Below are positions 1 to 14,941 of a DNA stretch of 64,000 nt, piece by piece (position 1 is the stretch's first letter; every line of letters begins with the position of its first letter). Origin of the DNA: the human T2T-CHM13v2.0 reference genome, Homo sapiens; NCBI RefSeq assembly GCF_009914755.1, contig NC_060934.1. One strand, 5' to 3'. The notes beneath the pieces were generated by a model, which had not been told where the DNA came from, made no database searches, and saw only the letters and a program-made list of their open reading frames with translations. The translations under genes and the position numbers were made by a program.

Positions 1-980
1 TGGCAATCCACCAGGATTCATGGAAAATTTGAAATAGGTCCCCTGTAAATTCAAGCCTTGATTGAATGAAAGTGATCTGCCAGGAACATAAGTGCCTACT
101 AGAAAAAAACCCAACCCTTCTGAGAGGAAGATAATATAATCCAGAACCCCTGCAACATATCACGTATAATGTCCTGCTCACAATAAAAACTGACTAGGCC
201 TGTGAGGAAGTAGTAAAAAAAAAACCAAAACCCAATAATAAATAAAACAGGCAATCTCAGCAAAGCCAGAAACATTCCAGATACTGAGGCTACCAAACAA
301 TGACTCCAAAATAATTATGATAAAACTTAGAGGAAAAGGTTGACAAAATAGTTGAAGAACATTTCAACAGTACTTACAGACTTTCCAAAACAAAATAACC
401 AAATAGAATCAAAGCAAAAAAAGAAGGCAAGAATATAAAACCATAGGAACTATTAGAAACAGTCAAAACCTTCAGCATATGTGTAATTTGAGTCTCAGAA
501 GGAGAAGAAAGAGGAAAAAAGTGGCAATGCAATATTTGAAAAAATATTGGCTGAAATTTCTCAAAATTGTATAAAAGAAAGCAACCTATAGATTCAAAAC
601 TCTCAGTGACTCTCAAGCAGGACAAACACAGAGAAAACCAGATCTAGATACGCCATAATCAAGTTGTGGAAAATTAAATATAAACACACAATAAAAGCAG
701 TGAGGGGGGAGAAAAAGACACATTATCTTCAGGAGAACAACAAGAATTACTGCTGAGGTTCCTCTCCCCAAAAAAATTATGGAAGTGACAAGACACTGAT
801 GTGGTATTCTTAGAGAGCTAATAGGAAATGGTCAACCTAAAATTCTATGTGTAATAATATCCTTCAAAAATTAAGGTAAAAAATGCATTCTTAAACAAAA
901 GCTGAGGGAATCTGTCTTCAACAGACATGCTCTGTGAGAAATATTAAAATATGTTCTTCAGGCTGAAGAAAAATGATCCC
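1..980 (+). mobile_element. Degraded old L1M fragment (5'/ORF1-like)
   Basis: A-rich L1-like text such as GAGTCTCAGAAGGAGAAGAAAGAG and AAAATATTGGCTGAAATTTCTC; boundaries approximate. Confidence 0.55.
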
Positions 981-994
981 ATTAGAATGTAAAA

Positions 995-2990
995 TGGTCT
1001 GTTTGCAAATGGCATGATCTTTCATACATAGAATACCCTAAAGACTCCACTAAAATACTTTTAGAACTAATAAATGAACAAACTAATTCAGTAAAGTTAC
1101 AGGATATAAAATCAACATATAAAATTAGTTGCATTTCTATACATTAACAACTAACTGTACAAAAAGGAAATTAAGAAGAAAATCCCATTTACAATAGTGT
1201 CAAAAAGTTAAATACTTAGGAATGTATTTAACCAAGAAAGTGAAATATCTGTATTTTGAAAACTATACCAGATTAATGAAAAAAAGAAAATATTTGGTGT
1301 TCACAAATTGAAAGAATACTGTTAAAATGTCCATACTATGCAAAGCAGTCTACAGTTCAATGCCATCTCTAACAGAATTCCAATGGTATTTTTCACAAAA
1401 TAGAAAAAGAATCCTATAATTCATATGAAACCACAAAAGACCCCAAATAGCTAAAGCAATCTTGAGCAAAAAGAAGAAACCTGGAGGCATCCTGATTTAA
1501 AAATACATTTAAAATAAAAATACACTACTTGATTTTAAAATATATTACAAAACTGTAGTAATCAAAACAGTATGGTATTGGCATTAAAAACAGATATCTA
1601 GACCTATGGAACAGAATAGAGAGCCCAGAAATAAGTCCATATATTATGCTGAATTGATTTTTGACAAACATGGCAAGAACATACAACATGTAAAGGATAG
1701 TCTATAATAAATGGTGCTAAGAAAACTGGATATCCATTTGCAGAAAAATGAAACTGAACCCTTATCCCACACCACATACAAAGTCAACTCAAAATTAAAG
1801 ACTTAAACATAAGGCCTAAAACTGAAGAACTAATCCAGGAAAACATACAGGAAAAGCCCTATGACATTAGTCTGAGTAGTGATTTTTTTGGATATGACCA
1901 CAAAAGCACAACTGAAATATATAAAAAACTCAACTCAATATCAACAAAACAAACTAACCCAATCTTAAAAATGGGCAAAGGATCCAAATAGACATTTCTC
2001 AATAGAAAACATATAAATGGTCAACAAATATATGAGAGAATGCTCAACATCACTAATCATCATGGAAATGCAAATCAAAACCACAATAAAATGCCACCTC
2101 ATACTTGTTAGAATGGCCATTATCGAGAAGATAAAAGACAACAAGTATTGATGAGATGTGGAGAAAAGGGAACCCTTGTTGAAAGTATACTGGTACAGCC
2201 ATATTTAAAACAATATGGAGGTTCCTCAAAAAATTAAACACAGAGCTACCACATGATTCAGCAATCTCACTTCTGGTTATATATCCACAGAAAATTAAAT
2301 AAATATCTGGAAGAGCTATCTGCACTTTCATGTTCATTGCAGCATTATTCACAATACATTCATACATTCACCATAGCCAAGATATGGAATCAATCTAAGT
2401 GCTCATCAACAGGTAAATGGATAAAGAAAATGTGCAATATATAAATACACAAAAACACACACACAGACATAAATGGGATATTATTTATCCTTAAAAAGAA
2501 AAGGAAATCCTGTCATTTGTGACAACATGGATGAAACAGGGAGACATGCTGAGTGAAATAAGCCAGACATAGGAGGACAAACACTGCATGCTCTCGCTTA
2601 TATGTGAAATCTAAAAAAAGTTAAACTCATAGAAGCAGAAAGTAGAATGGTGGTGGCCAGGAGCTGAGAGGTGGGGGCAATAGGGAAATGTTGGTCAAAG
2701 GGTAAAACGTTTATGTTCTCTGGAATGAATAGCTTCTAGAGATCTAATGTACAGCATGGTGACTATCATTAACAATATTGTATTATACACTTGAAAACTG
2801 CTGAGAGTAGATCTTAAATATTTTCACCATATTGACTAAAATGGTAACTATGTATGATAGATATATTAGTTACATTGTGGTAATCATTTCACAAGTTATA
2901 CATATATCAAAATATCAAAACATTACATTGTACATCTTAAATATATATAACTTTCATTTGTCAGTTAAGCTCCAATAAAGCTGGGAAAAC
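995..2990 (+). mobile_element. L1MA-class LINE-1: 3' part of ORF2 plus 3'UTR
   Basis: GTTTGCAAATGGCATGATC, GGAAATGCAAATCAAAACCACAAT, CAAACACTGCATGCTCTCGCTTATATGTG; ends CAATAAAGCTGGGAAAA. Confidence 0.85.
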
Positions 2991-2999
2991 ATAAATGCT

Positions 3000-5860
3000 T
3001 GAAATATTGGGAAAAGAAGATAAAAATAATGTAAGAAAATAAATAAAGCAAAAGTTTCAGAACAAAAAGCTGGCAAATCTAGAATCATAGTTTGAGATTT
3101 TACTATAACTTTCTGACTAAGTAATAAAGCAAATATTTTTTTAAATCAGTAAAGAAATTTAATATTTGAAAAACACTATTTACCAACTTGACTAAGTTAA
3201 TATAGGTAGAGGACTACATCTAACCATTACAGAATATACATTCTTTCCTGTCCATACAATAAATGCACCAAAATAGACTTTGGTCTATAAAGTAAATCTT
3301 AACAAATTTTAAAGATTGAAATAATATACTGCATGATTAGTGATCACATTGGTAAATAAACAGTATAATTTTAATAAAACCTATGGTCACAGAGAATTCA
3401 AAATAAAAATGACAAAATACTTTCAGCCGAATGCTAATGAAAACATACATATTAAAACCTGTGGGATGCAAATAAAAGTTCTCCAAGGAAAATGCATTAG
3501 TTTTAGTGCATATATTAGAAATTCTAAGAAGTTCAAACTCATTTGTCAATGCTTCCAAGTCAAGAAGCTAGGAAAAAATTGTTAAAGTAACCATACATTA
3601 GGTGCAAAATAACACAAGGGAAGAAAATGATAAAACCATGAGGAAAATCAATGAAATAAAAATCAACAGAAAACATTAACGGAGCCAATAGTTGGAATTT
3701 TGAAAACATTAGTAAAACTAACAAATCCTTGGTAAGACTTATCAAGGTAAAAAAGATAACATAAATTATCAATATCAGGAATGAAAAGAGATGACATCAC
3801 TACAGAGCCTACGAACACTAAAACATAGTAAGAAAATATTCTGAAAGTACAGATGAGTTTCTTGAGAAAAAAATTACCAAAACTGAAAAAAGAAGAAATG
3901 TAAACTCTGAATAGATCTATATTAAATACATTGAATCATAATTTAAAGCCTTCTCACAAGGAAGCCTGCAGGCTCAATTAACTTTATGGTAAATTATTTC
4001 AAACATTTAAGAAATATTGTCAATCTTACACAAATCCTTCCAGAGAATATAAAAAGAGAGGACACTTTTCTATTAATTTTAAAACATTGACATTACCTGT
4101 AACTTGACAAAATTACAAAAGAATATCACCCAAATATAGATATAAAAATCCTAAAAATACATATTAGCAAATAAAATCTAGCAATGTATAAAAAGCATAA
4201 CTTGCCATGAAAAAATGGAAAATATTTGATGAATGCAAAGTTGATTCACCATTCAAAATCAATCAATTTAACTCACTATATTTACAGAATAGAGGACAAA
4301 AAACATATGATCACCTGAATAGAGTCAGAAAAAGTATTTTATATGTTTCAACATTCATTCATGATTTTTTAAAATTCTTGGTAACTAGGAACAAAAGGTG
4401 TGGGTTTTTTTTTAATTCTTTATAAATTCTGACACCTCTCCCATTTAGAAGTGGGCCTATGTCCCCTCGCCTTGAATTTGGGTCAGCTTGTGACTAAGTT
4501 AACCCATTGAGTATGGCAGAAATAACACAATGACTTCCAAACATAGGCTGAAAAATTCCCACGCAGCACCTGTCTGGTTCTGTTGTAATGCTTGCTCTGA
4601 GAGAAGCCAATTGCCACGAAGAAAGTTTCACTATTCTAAGACAAACTTTTTAGAGTAGCCACATGTAGGCACTCAGGTCCATAGCCTAGTTGAACTCTCA
4701 TTGAAAGCCAGCATCAATTGGTAGCCACTGGAGTAGGCCATCTTGGATATTCAGCCCAGTCCAGCCTTTAGTCAGCTACAGTCCCAGCTGACACCCGCTT
4801 ATAACTGCTGAATAGATTTCAAGTAGCAACTGTCATGTTAGGTTCTTTCCAAATTCCTGGCCCACAAAATCAGAAACAAAGTCAAATGATTAATGTTCTA
4901 CAACACTAAATTTGTGGGAAATTAGTTATACAGCAATAGTAGTTGACATAGGAAAGAACACTCTTCATCTGATAAAAATTATCTGTGAAAACTTACAGCT
5001 AACATCATATTCAACAATGAAATATTGAGCATTTCCCCATGCTGCTGGGGAAAAGACAAGGATTTCCTTTTCACCACTTTTATTCGGCTTGGTATTGAAG
5101 GTCCTAGCCAGGGCAATAAGTCAAGGAAAAGAAATAATAGTTACAAAGACTGGAAAGGAAGAGGAAAAATATCCTTCATTCACACATGATGTAATTATGT
5201 ACGTTTAAAAAATCCAAAAGAATCTACAAAAAATAATTAGACATGATGAGTGAATTTAACAATGTATATGGAATCAAAATCAAATATTTAAAAAATACAT
5301 ATTTTTACATAACAAGTGAAAAATTAAATTTTAGAAAATTAATATTTCACTAAGCATAATATATCAAATATCTGTAAATAAATCTAACAAAGACATGGAA
5401 TACTTAGACACTGAAAGCTATAAAACATTGCCAGGATAAATGAAAAGAGAACTAAATTTAAAAATAGTTTATTTTCATGCATTGGCAGGCTGAATATTTT
5501 TAAGATGTCATTTCTTCCAAAGTTAATTATAGTTTCAATGTAATTCCCATAAAATTCTTTGGGAAAACTGACAAGTTGATTCAAAAACTTATATGGAAAT
5601 GCAGAATATCCAACATCTTTGAAAAGAACAAAGTTGAAATTACACTCTCAGATTTCAAGCATCAGAAGTTAAGCCTAGGTAGCATCAGGATAGATAAAAA
5701 CACCAGTAAAAAAGATGAGAAAATGCTGAAATTGATCCACAGATGTATTGATGAATGAATTGGGGGCATGGTATACTGATCTCTTTACTTTTTATTTGTT
5801 TAAAACTTGCATAGTAAAAACTTAAAAGAAAATAGAATAATTAAAACAAAATAATAACAA
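3000..5860 (+). mobile_element. Old L1M ORF2/3' fragments, interrupted by an LTR
   Basis: AAAACCTGTGGGATGCA, CAATATCAGGAATGAAAAGAGATGACATCACTACAGA, CTTACAGCTAACATCATA. Confidence 0.7.
4425..4950 (+). mobile_element. MLT1-type (ERVL-MaLR) solo LTR nested in L1
   Basis: GGCCATCTTGGATATTCAGCCCAGTC, AAATTCCTGGCCCACAAAATC, TTATACAGCAATAG 3' end. Confidence 0.7.
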
Positions 5861-6105
5861 AAAGAAAAAATTATTGAGTGATCATTAAGATGAAGGAATA
5901 CTACATGAAGGGGTGGACAATGTCCTCAGTATTCCTGCAGTAAACTACTAGTAGAGCTTATAAAAAGGCTGTTCAGTAATTTGATAAGGGACCAACTAAG
6001 ACTCATGTTTTTTAATCCCTTCTATTTCATGCTTATTTTGTTGCCTTTAGACACAAAATAAATTCTAATTCATTCTAGGTTGATTTGATTTTAAAGTAAT
6101 TATGG

Positions 6106-6420
6106 TTGGTCACAGTGGCTCATGCCTGTAATCCCAGCACTTTGGGAGGCCAAATTAGATGGATTGCTTGAGCCCAGGAGTTTGAGACCAGCCTGGGCAA
6201 CATAGAGAAACTCCATCTCTATAAAAAACACACAAAACATTAGCCTGGAGTGGTGGTGCACACCTGTAGTCCCAGCTACTCAGAAGGCTGAGGTGTGAGG
6301 ATCACTTGAGCAAAGGAGGTCGACGTTTCAGTGAGCCGTGATCAGGCCACTGCACTCCAGCCTGGGCAACAGAGTAAGACCTTGTCTCAAAATAAATAAA
6401 TGAATAAAATAAAATAAATT
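6106..6420 (+). mobile_element. AluJ
   Basis: Dimeric Alu with TTGAGCCCAGGAGTTTGAG and A-rich tail. Confidence 0.9.
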
Positions 6421-6541
6421 ATAAAAATATTATATATCTTCAGATCCCAAAACATCTCATGTATCCAAAAGTCTAACACTGATTAAGAAAACTTAATAAC
6501 CTCAAAATTTTGCTTGCTTTTTTCTCCAGGTTCACACATAC

Positions 6542-6776
6542 CTGGTTGCTGTGTTTCCCATCTTACTGTAAAGCCTCTCCCATTTCTTAAATGTTCAGAA
6601 TAGAGATGAAAATAGAGAGCATTGTCACTGCTGAGGAGTTCATGAGGGAGGCTGGAGCCACAAAATCTTCCAAGTTGAAAAGCAGAAGAGGAATCTCCAT
6701 CATAAACCTGAAGAAACTCGTGTGGACAGTTGTCCATGGATTCTAACCGGAAAAAAGTGAAAGTGATACGCAGGAC
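6542..6776 (-). CDS. CUBN: Cubilin exon 14 (235 nt, second part of CUB1); gene continues past position 1
   Basis: ttag|GTC CTG...CCA G|GTATGT; [78 protein letters not shown]. Confidence 0.97.
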
Positions 6777-8788
6777 CTAAAAATACAAAGGCCACATATA
6801 TTATCTTTTACTTCCATGTAAATTTTAAAGTATTTCTCCCACTTCCTAGGCAGCATTCATACTGAGGCACTTTCAAGAGCTAGACCTATCATTCCCTAAT
6901 TATCCACCAGTACATATGGCAATCTATATACTAAATAACTTGTGCTAAATATTGTTAAAAACAAACTTCAACTAATATCAAAATATATCAAAAAATCTTA
7001 ATGTTAATAACATAGATTTACCCCAATTTCATTAAACTTGTCAAGTCCACCAGACCAAGGTATTTCAAATATATAACTGACATTGTTTCTAAAGCAGTAA
7101 AATAAATTGGAGATTTGAAAATCTACCTGAATTAAGTTGAACTGGCTAATATTACCATTCACAAGAATGTACACCCTAATTCCCTGAATAACCTGTGGCC
7201 TGTTATCAAACACACAGACGTTCATCACTGCCCGCCAGGTATGTTGATTCCAGAGGGGCTAAGATTCTGACGCCAGCCCAGACCGACACGCTCAGGTGTG
7301 GGCGGAGTAGGCGGGATGTAGACAAGCAAGGCCTGGACGGCTTCAGGGACTGGATATAATTAAAGGATGAGTAATACCAAGAGTAGAGAATGAGAGGAAG
7401 AATACTGAGCATACAAGAATAACAGGAAAAATACTGAGCATACAAGTAGAAGAGAATAAACACAAAAATGTGTCCGAATGGATTAGAATACAGACTTCAA
7501 ATATAGTAATATAACTTATAAAACGTACTGACAACCTCATTTGAGATAAACAATCAAAAGAAGGCTGTCGAATTTAATTTTCATCAGAACCTAAAATCAC
7601 AACAATATTCAGTTAATGAAAAAGAATATAAGGAATTTTTAAAATTCTGTGCTAGGGTATTTTAAGATCAGTTACCTATTACTACATGACTTTCTTAAAA
7701 CAGTTTAAATGAAACTCAAATGTTCATTAATTGAACTATCCTGATTTGTATATATTTTCTACCATATTATGTCCATTATGAGTGAGAAGATATGAAATCA
7801 CAATAATCAAGAAAAAAACAAGATGAATTTTCTTGCGAATTGGTAATAAAAGTATTACAAGTTTCTCACCTAAGAATATTTTTTTTTCAAAAGAATGTTT
7901 TCAATGCCAGGAAATAGAATTCATGAAAACTAAATGGAAGGAAGGAAATTCACATAGCATACCCACTGGGAAATTTATTTTGGAGTTTATTTTAGTGTGA
8001 GGTTACCAGGTCGCAAATAGTCCTCCCTCCTCAAAGGAAAAAAAATGTTTTTTGACCCTTGTACAATGCCCTCTGTAATAGTTTGCTGGAAAAAGTTAAT
8101 AGGATTTCAAGGGAAAATTTTATCTATTCAGACATACCATTTTATTTTTATGAATCCAGGAGGTGGTTGAGAAACAATATTTAGAAATGCCTGGGTAATT
8201 AATGTCGGGTATAAGAGCACTAAAAACCTTGGACTTGGATCTTAATTTGAAGAGCGTTCACGGAGCGGCTCAGAGTGACAGGCTGTGGAGGTGACTGGCC
8301 TGTGTCTGAGTCACTGCATGCCACTTTCGAACCACATGCACCTGGACACACTTCTCAATGGCACTAGGCTCTGTTTCCTCATGTGTAAAATGAAGATAAT
8401 AATTTCTATCTTTCAGGGTTATGAGAGTTAAAAATGGAATGCTGTAATGTATATGGAGCACTTAGTATAGAACATGGCAGAGCAAAGACATTTGATAAGA
8501 AAACTATCTTAATATCAGTGGCCATTTTTGCATAATAATCAACATAAAACTAAGCAACCATCTTCTAAAATACTGTCTCAGTAACAACATGATTTTACAG
8601 ATTAACTAGTGGCTTGCAGTCAGTCAACCAGTGTAGAGAATCATTCATGCTGGAGAAAGCATGGACTTTGGAACCAGACAAACTTGACTTTGAAATTCAA
8701 CTATTACAATTACAAGCTAAGAAGTGTTAACAAAAAATGTTTAGCTTCACCTACTTTTCATTATTTCATCTATAAAAGGAGGATCCTC

Positions 8789-9462
<674 letters not shown>

Positions 9463-9665
9463 TGACTTATTTCAAACAATTAATGTAAGGTTATGAAAAG
9501 GTAGGTATATGTCTAGCCAAAATAATGGCACTCCGTACTTAGTAAGCACTCAATATATGATAGTTGAATTATCATTGCATGTATTTTATGTAATAAAATA
9601 TACACATACTCCATATTTATATATACAAATATAATATGCATTTGGGCAAGAGTTACTACATTTAC

Positions 9666-9778
9666 CTTTCCCATTTCAGTTTTGATAACCCAGAAGCAGT
9701 TAACATCATGAACATAACCAACATCCGGGCTCCTGTAGCTGAAGCTTCCATTTATTCCTGAGAGGGACTCTCCACAAA
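9666..9778 (-). CDS. CUBN: Cubilin exon 13 (113 nt, first part of CUB1)
   Basis: gcag|TT TGT GGA...GGA AAG|GTAAAT; CGESLSGINGSFSYRSPDVGYVHDVNCFWVIKTEMGK. Confidence 0.96.
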
Positions 9779-10129
9779 CTGCAAAGGAAAAGATGAACTG
9801 TGCTTTTCAGAGGTTCCTAAAAGGAAGAGGTTGGGCAACTGTAACCCTGCTGCTGATAAACTTAGAGAAAATTTGAGTAATGAAGGTTGGAGATAAAAGC
9901 CCTGCCATTCCCTCTCCTCTGTGCCCTTTTTCTGTCAACTTCCATAGAAATCCCACCTCTTGTTCAAAGCTCAGCTGATGCCTCATCACCTGCTCCATGA
10001 ACTGCCATGTCTTATGTTTTCACTGATTCCCATTCTCTGTGTCCCTGTGACACCCAATTTCACCCCACACAACATAGCTCATGTCTTTAACTCTTGTATC
10101 TGTTCTCCCATTGGGGTTGGTCTTGTCTC

Positions 10130-10640
10130 CTCAGCTGCAAGGTGAGCAGTTCATAAGTGGAGACAGTATTTTACACTTTCATATTTTTCCATAGGGTCTA
10201 CTATTGTCCTAAACATATAACAACAACCTCTCAATAAATGTGTTGATTCCAAATCAGGAGTTTAAGTGAGGGGCAGAAGAGTCAAAAGTGACTTTATGGA
10301 AGAAGTTGAGAGGGAAGTGCTCCTGAGGGACAGACACATCTGGATGAGAAACAAGGAAGATGTGTGAGGACGTTTATCGGGAGAAACATTCCAAATAAAT
10401 GAACACAGTGGAAAATACTCATGGTGGTACATGGGGTCCGGTGACGAAAGAAAACTTGCTTGAGTGAAGGTATTTCTAGGGAACTAGTGAAAAAAAAGGT
10501 TAGATGGATTGAGTGAGACTTGGTTATAGAAGATCATTGAAAATTAATCCCAGTCTCTATTTAACAGGCAACGGGAAGCCACTGTGTATCCTGGAAAGGG
10601 AGAGTGACTTGATTCAATGCAGTACTCTAGGGAAATTAAG
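10130..10640. mobile_element. L2 remnants
   Basis: CTCAATAAATGTGTTGA and GGGAAGCCACTG...AGGGAGAGTGAC L2-like motifs. Confidence 0.5.
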
Positions 10641-10959
10641 TGGCTGCTCCTCAGAAAACTTCCCTTTAGAAAACCATAAAAGACAATACCTTAGCATGTT
10701 TTATATTCAAAAAGGACATAGTGAAAATGGCAAATACTAATGTATTTATTCTTTGGAAGAAAAGTTCTTGGCTTACAGTGAGATTTATAAATATTTAGCT
10801 TGTGAATTTTATACCATTTCTGCAAGGAAAGACTTAGTTCTCAGTATCTGAGCAACTGGACAAGAAAGTGGGTTCAGCAGAGGAATCTGTTGAGGGACTC
10901 ACTAAAGGATGCTGCTGCTATGCTGTGAGCATCCGTGGCATAAGAAATGCTGACTGTAC

Positions 10960-11146
10960 CTTGCTGAGGAACCTGACAGAGAGCTCCAGTCCAGAGACGT
11001 GTGCATTCACAACTGAAAGAATCAACGCCATCAACACAAGTTCCTCCATTCAAACAGGGGTTGCTCAAACACTCATTGATGTTTTCTGTACAGTTGACAC
11101 CTGTCCAACCTGAGTCACACTTACAAAAATAACCAGAGACAGTGTC
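10960..11146 (-). CDS. CUBN: Cubilin exon 12 (187 nt, EGF 7/8)
   Basis: ttag|GAC ACT...CAA G|GTACAG; [62 protein letters not shown]. Confidence 0.96.
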
Positions 11147-11239
11147 CTAAGGGGAAAAAAAACACATAATACCATAAAACAAATGGATAGACACTAAACT
11201 TTAATCAATCCAAATAATAGGAATGTAGTGCCATGGAGA

Positions 11240-11639
<400 letters not shown>

Positions 11640-11995
11640 TACTGATATATTTAACAGGTGCTACAAATATATATGTGTTTATATGTAAGTATTTTCTAGT
11701 AGTCTACTTGTTATTAATAGGTTTAAATGGTAATTGTTTTGTATGTCAGATTTATTTAGATCAAACTGCAGGCGTAGTTTTAGTACTTCATAAACCACTG
11801 AGACAAAAAATTAACTCAATGTTTTTTCCTAAGAACTAAAATCATTATCTATCTTTCATCTGAGAGTTCTCGACAGTTCCTTATCTGAAACTTGACTCAT
11901 TATCTTGACATTCCTGAATCCTATAACGTTACATTTTATAGGCGTGAAACTAATTCTCAGGTACTCTCTGTCCACAGGAAAAACAAAGGACTCAC

Positions 11996-12114
11996 GATGC
12001 ATTGTCCATTTAGACAGGGGTGACTTAGGCAAATATTACTGAGCTGCACACATCCATTTGTCCCATAACCATTTCCAGTATAACCCGGGAGACACGTGCA
12101 GAGAGGTAAGGAAC
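11996..12114 (-). CDS. CUBN: Cubilin exon 11 (119 nt)
   Basis: acag|GT TCC TTA...TGC ATC|GTGAGT; [39 protein letters not shown]. Confidence 0.96.
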
Positions 12115-12504
12115 CTGTTCAGAAATAAAAACAAACGTGTAAATACAGGTCTCCTCCTCTGTTCGGATGCAGTATCTAAACTCAGAATCTGCTGTCTAGA
12201 CAAGGATCCACCAACATCCAGTCTGTGTATTTTGACGGGCAGACAAAACAAGGTATGAGGAGAAAATATTAGAATCTTTATTTTTGTATTTCTTATCTTA
12301 AAATAAGAAAGCCATTAAATGCCTTCCACACATTATTGACGTACTGGGTTGACATGGGTGCTGTCAGCCCATATGTCAGATGGTCCTGAGCTGTGCACAA
12401 AGGTGAGCTGCACCTGGGGAAGACAGACATTCCTCATCATGGAGGAGTTAATGCAGAAAAGGAGATTCTTAGGATGAAACTATCTGTTGCAAGCACTGGA
12501 CTTA

Positions 12505-13153
<649 letters not shown>

Positions 13154-14026
13154 GCCCTATATAGGTACTCTCTTATAATCCCCACTTTACAGATGAAGCC
13201 AGTACACAGACAGCCTGTCCCGGCCAAGGACACACACACACAGCTAGAATGAGGGGAGCCCAGAGAGCAAGCACTCCCCTCGTGTGTAGGCTGCCTACAG
13301 CACACCTGTACAGGAGTGTGGCTTACACAGGCAGGCCACATGTCCCCAGTTATGTGGATGTGCAGATTGCATGCTGCCAGTTTTAAACAGGCTAAATAGC
13401 TATCACAGAATGAACTTAAGTCTCTAAAAGATGTTTGCAATAAAACCACAGATTGAAGATAATATAGTAACATAAATATATGGGGACATCAACAAAATAC
13501 CAGCACCAAAACTTCTCCCACACTTCTGATGAGCTCCTCATTGCCAAGGTACAAGGTTAAAACAATGGCAATCGAATTAGGTTAGGAAGGAACTTGGTCA
13601 AAAGGAATTTGAAATGATCGTGTCTATTTAAAACATGAATTAACATCCACGATTAATTATGATGTACATGAGGTAATAGCTAACAAGAGTTTTAGAGCAT
13701 CCAGCATCTTGACAGTTTTCTTACGCAATGTTAGGTTAAAAATACTCGTCATAGACATTACAAAATTTTACTAAATTTAATATCCAGAGAGTTTTCCAGA
13801 TTTCTCACTTAATAGCAAAAAGCCACATCTCATTGCAGAAATATATGTTCTTTCTACTACTGCACAATGGTTGAAATAATACAAGGAAATCAATGTGGCA
13901 GTTAACTACATTCCTCCATCAGCAAGAACTGTTAAAGATGGATAGAAAAACCCTGCTGAATAATTTAAAAAATAGAACAAATTACACAATGTGACAGATT
14001 TACAGTAGAATTGAATGACAATATAA

Positions 14027-14332
<306 letters not shown>

Positions 14333-14689
14333 AAAAATACAAGTTTTGTTATGTTCTCAGCTTATATTACTTGCAAGATTCCACTTCAATATTAAAAAAC
14401 ACAAATATTTCTTTTAAATAAATAATTGCCTAGAAATGCATTTTTTTATAGTTAATTACTTCTTTTAAAAATATTTATAGGGAAAAATGGAGTAAGCAAG
14501 CTCTGAAACTGTTGAAGCTCTGAGTAGAAATTTTTTAAGTTTCCCAGGGTAAACTTACAGGTTGCAGTAAAGAAGGGCAGCCTAAAAGTACACAAAGTGT
14601 TATTAATACTTCATGTCATCAACATTATGACTGTCCTCCATATTAAAAAACAGTTATTTTTGTAATAATATTTGTTACAAGCACTTTAC

Positions 14690-14875
14690 ATATAAGGACT
14701 CATTTAATCATCTGAAGCACCCTGAGGTAGGTGCTATTATTATCCTCATTTTACAGATGAAGAACTAAAGCACAGAGATTAAGTGTCTTCACTGAGGACA
14801 AGCAGCTAAAATCTGGTGGAGCCCAGGGAAAAATGCAAGCAGTCTTTATCTAGAAATCATGCTCCTAACCACTTT
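14690..14875 (-). mobile_element. MIR
   Basis: ATTATTATCCTCATTTTACAGATGAAGAACTAAAGCACAGAGA core. Confidence 0.75.
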
Positions 14876-14917
14876 GGTATGTTGATAATCATTTAATAAG
14901 CATTTAGTCACAAGTAT

Positions 14918-14941
14918 ATGTGTGTGTGTGTGTGTGTGTGT
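14918..14941. repeat. (TG)n microsatellite
   Basis: About 12 TG units. Confidence 0.9.

Noticed and set aside
1-5860. Active LINE-1
   Set aside because: Heavily fragmented, with stops and nested insertions and no long ORF.
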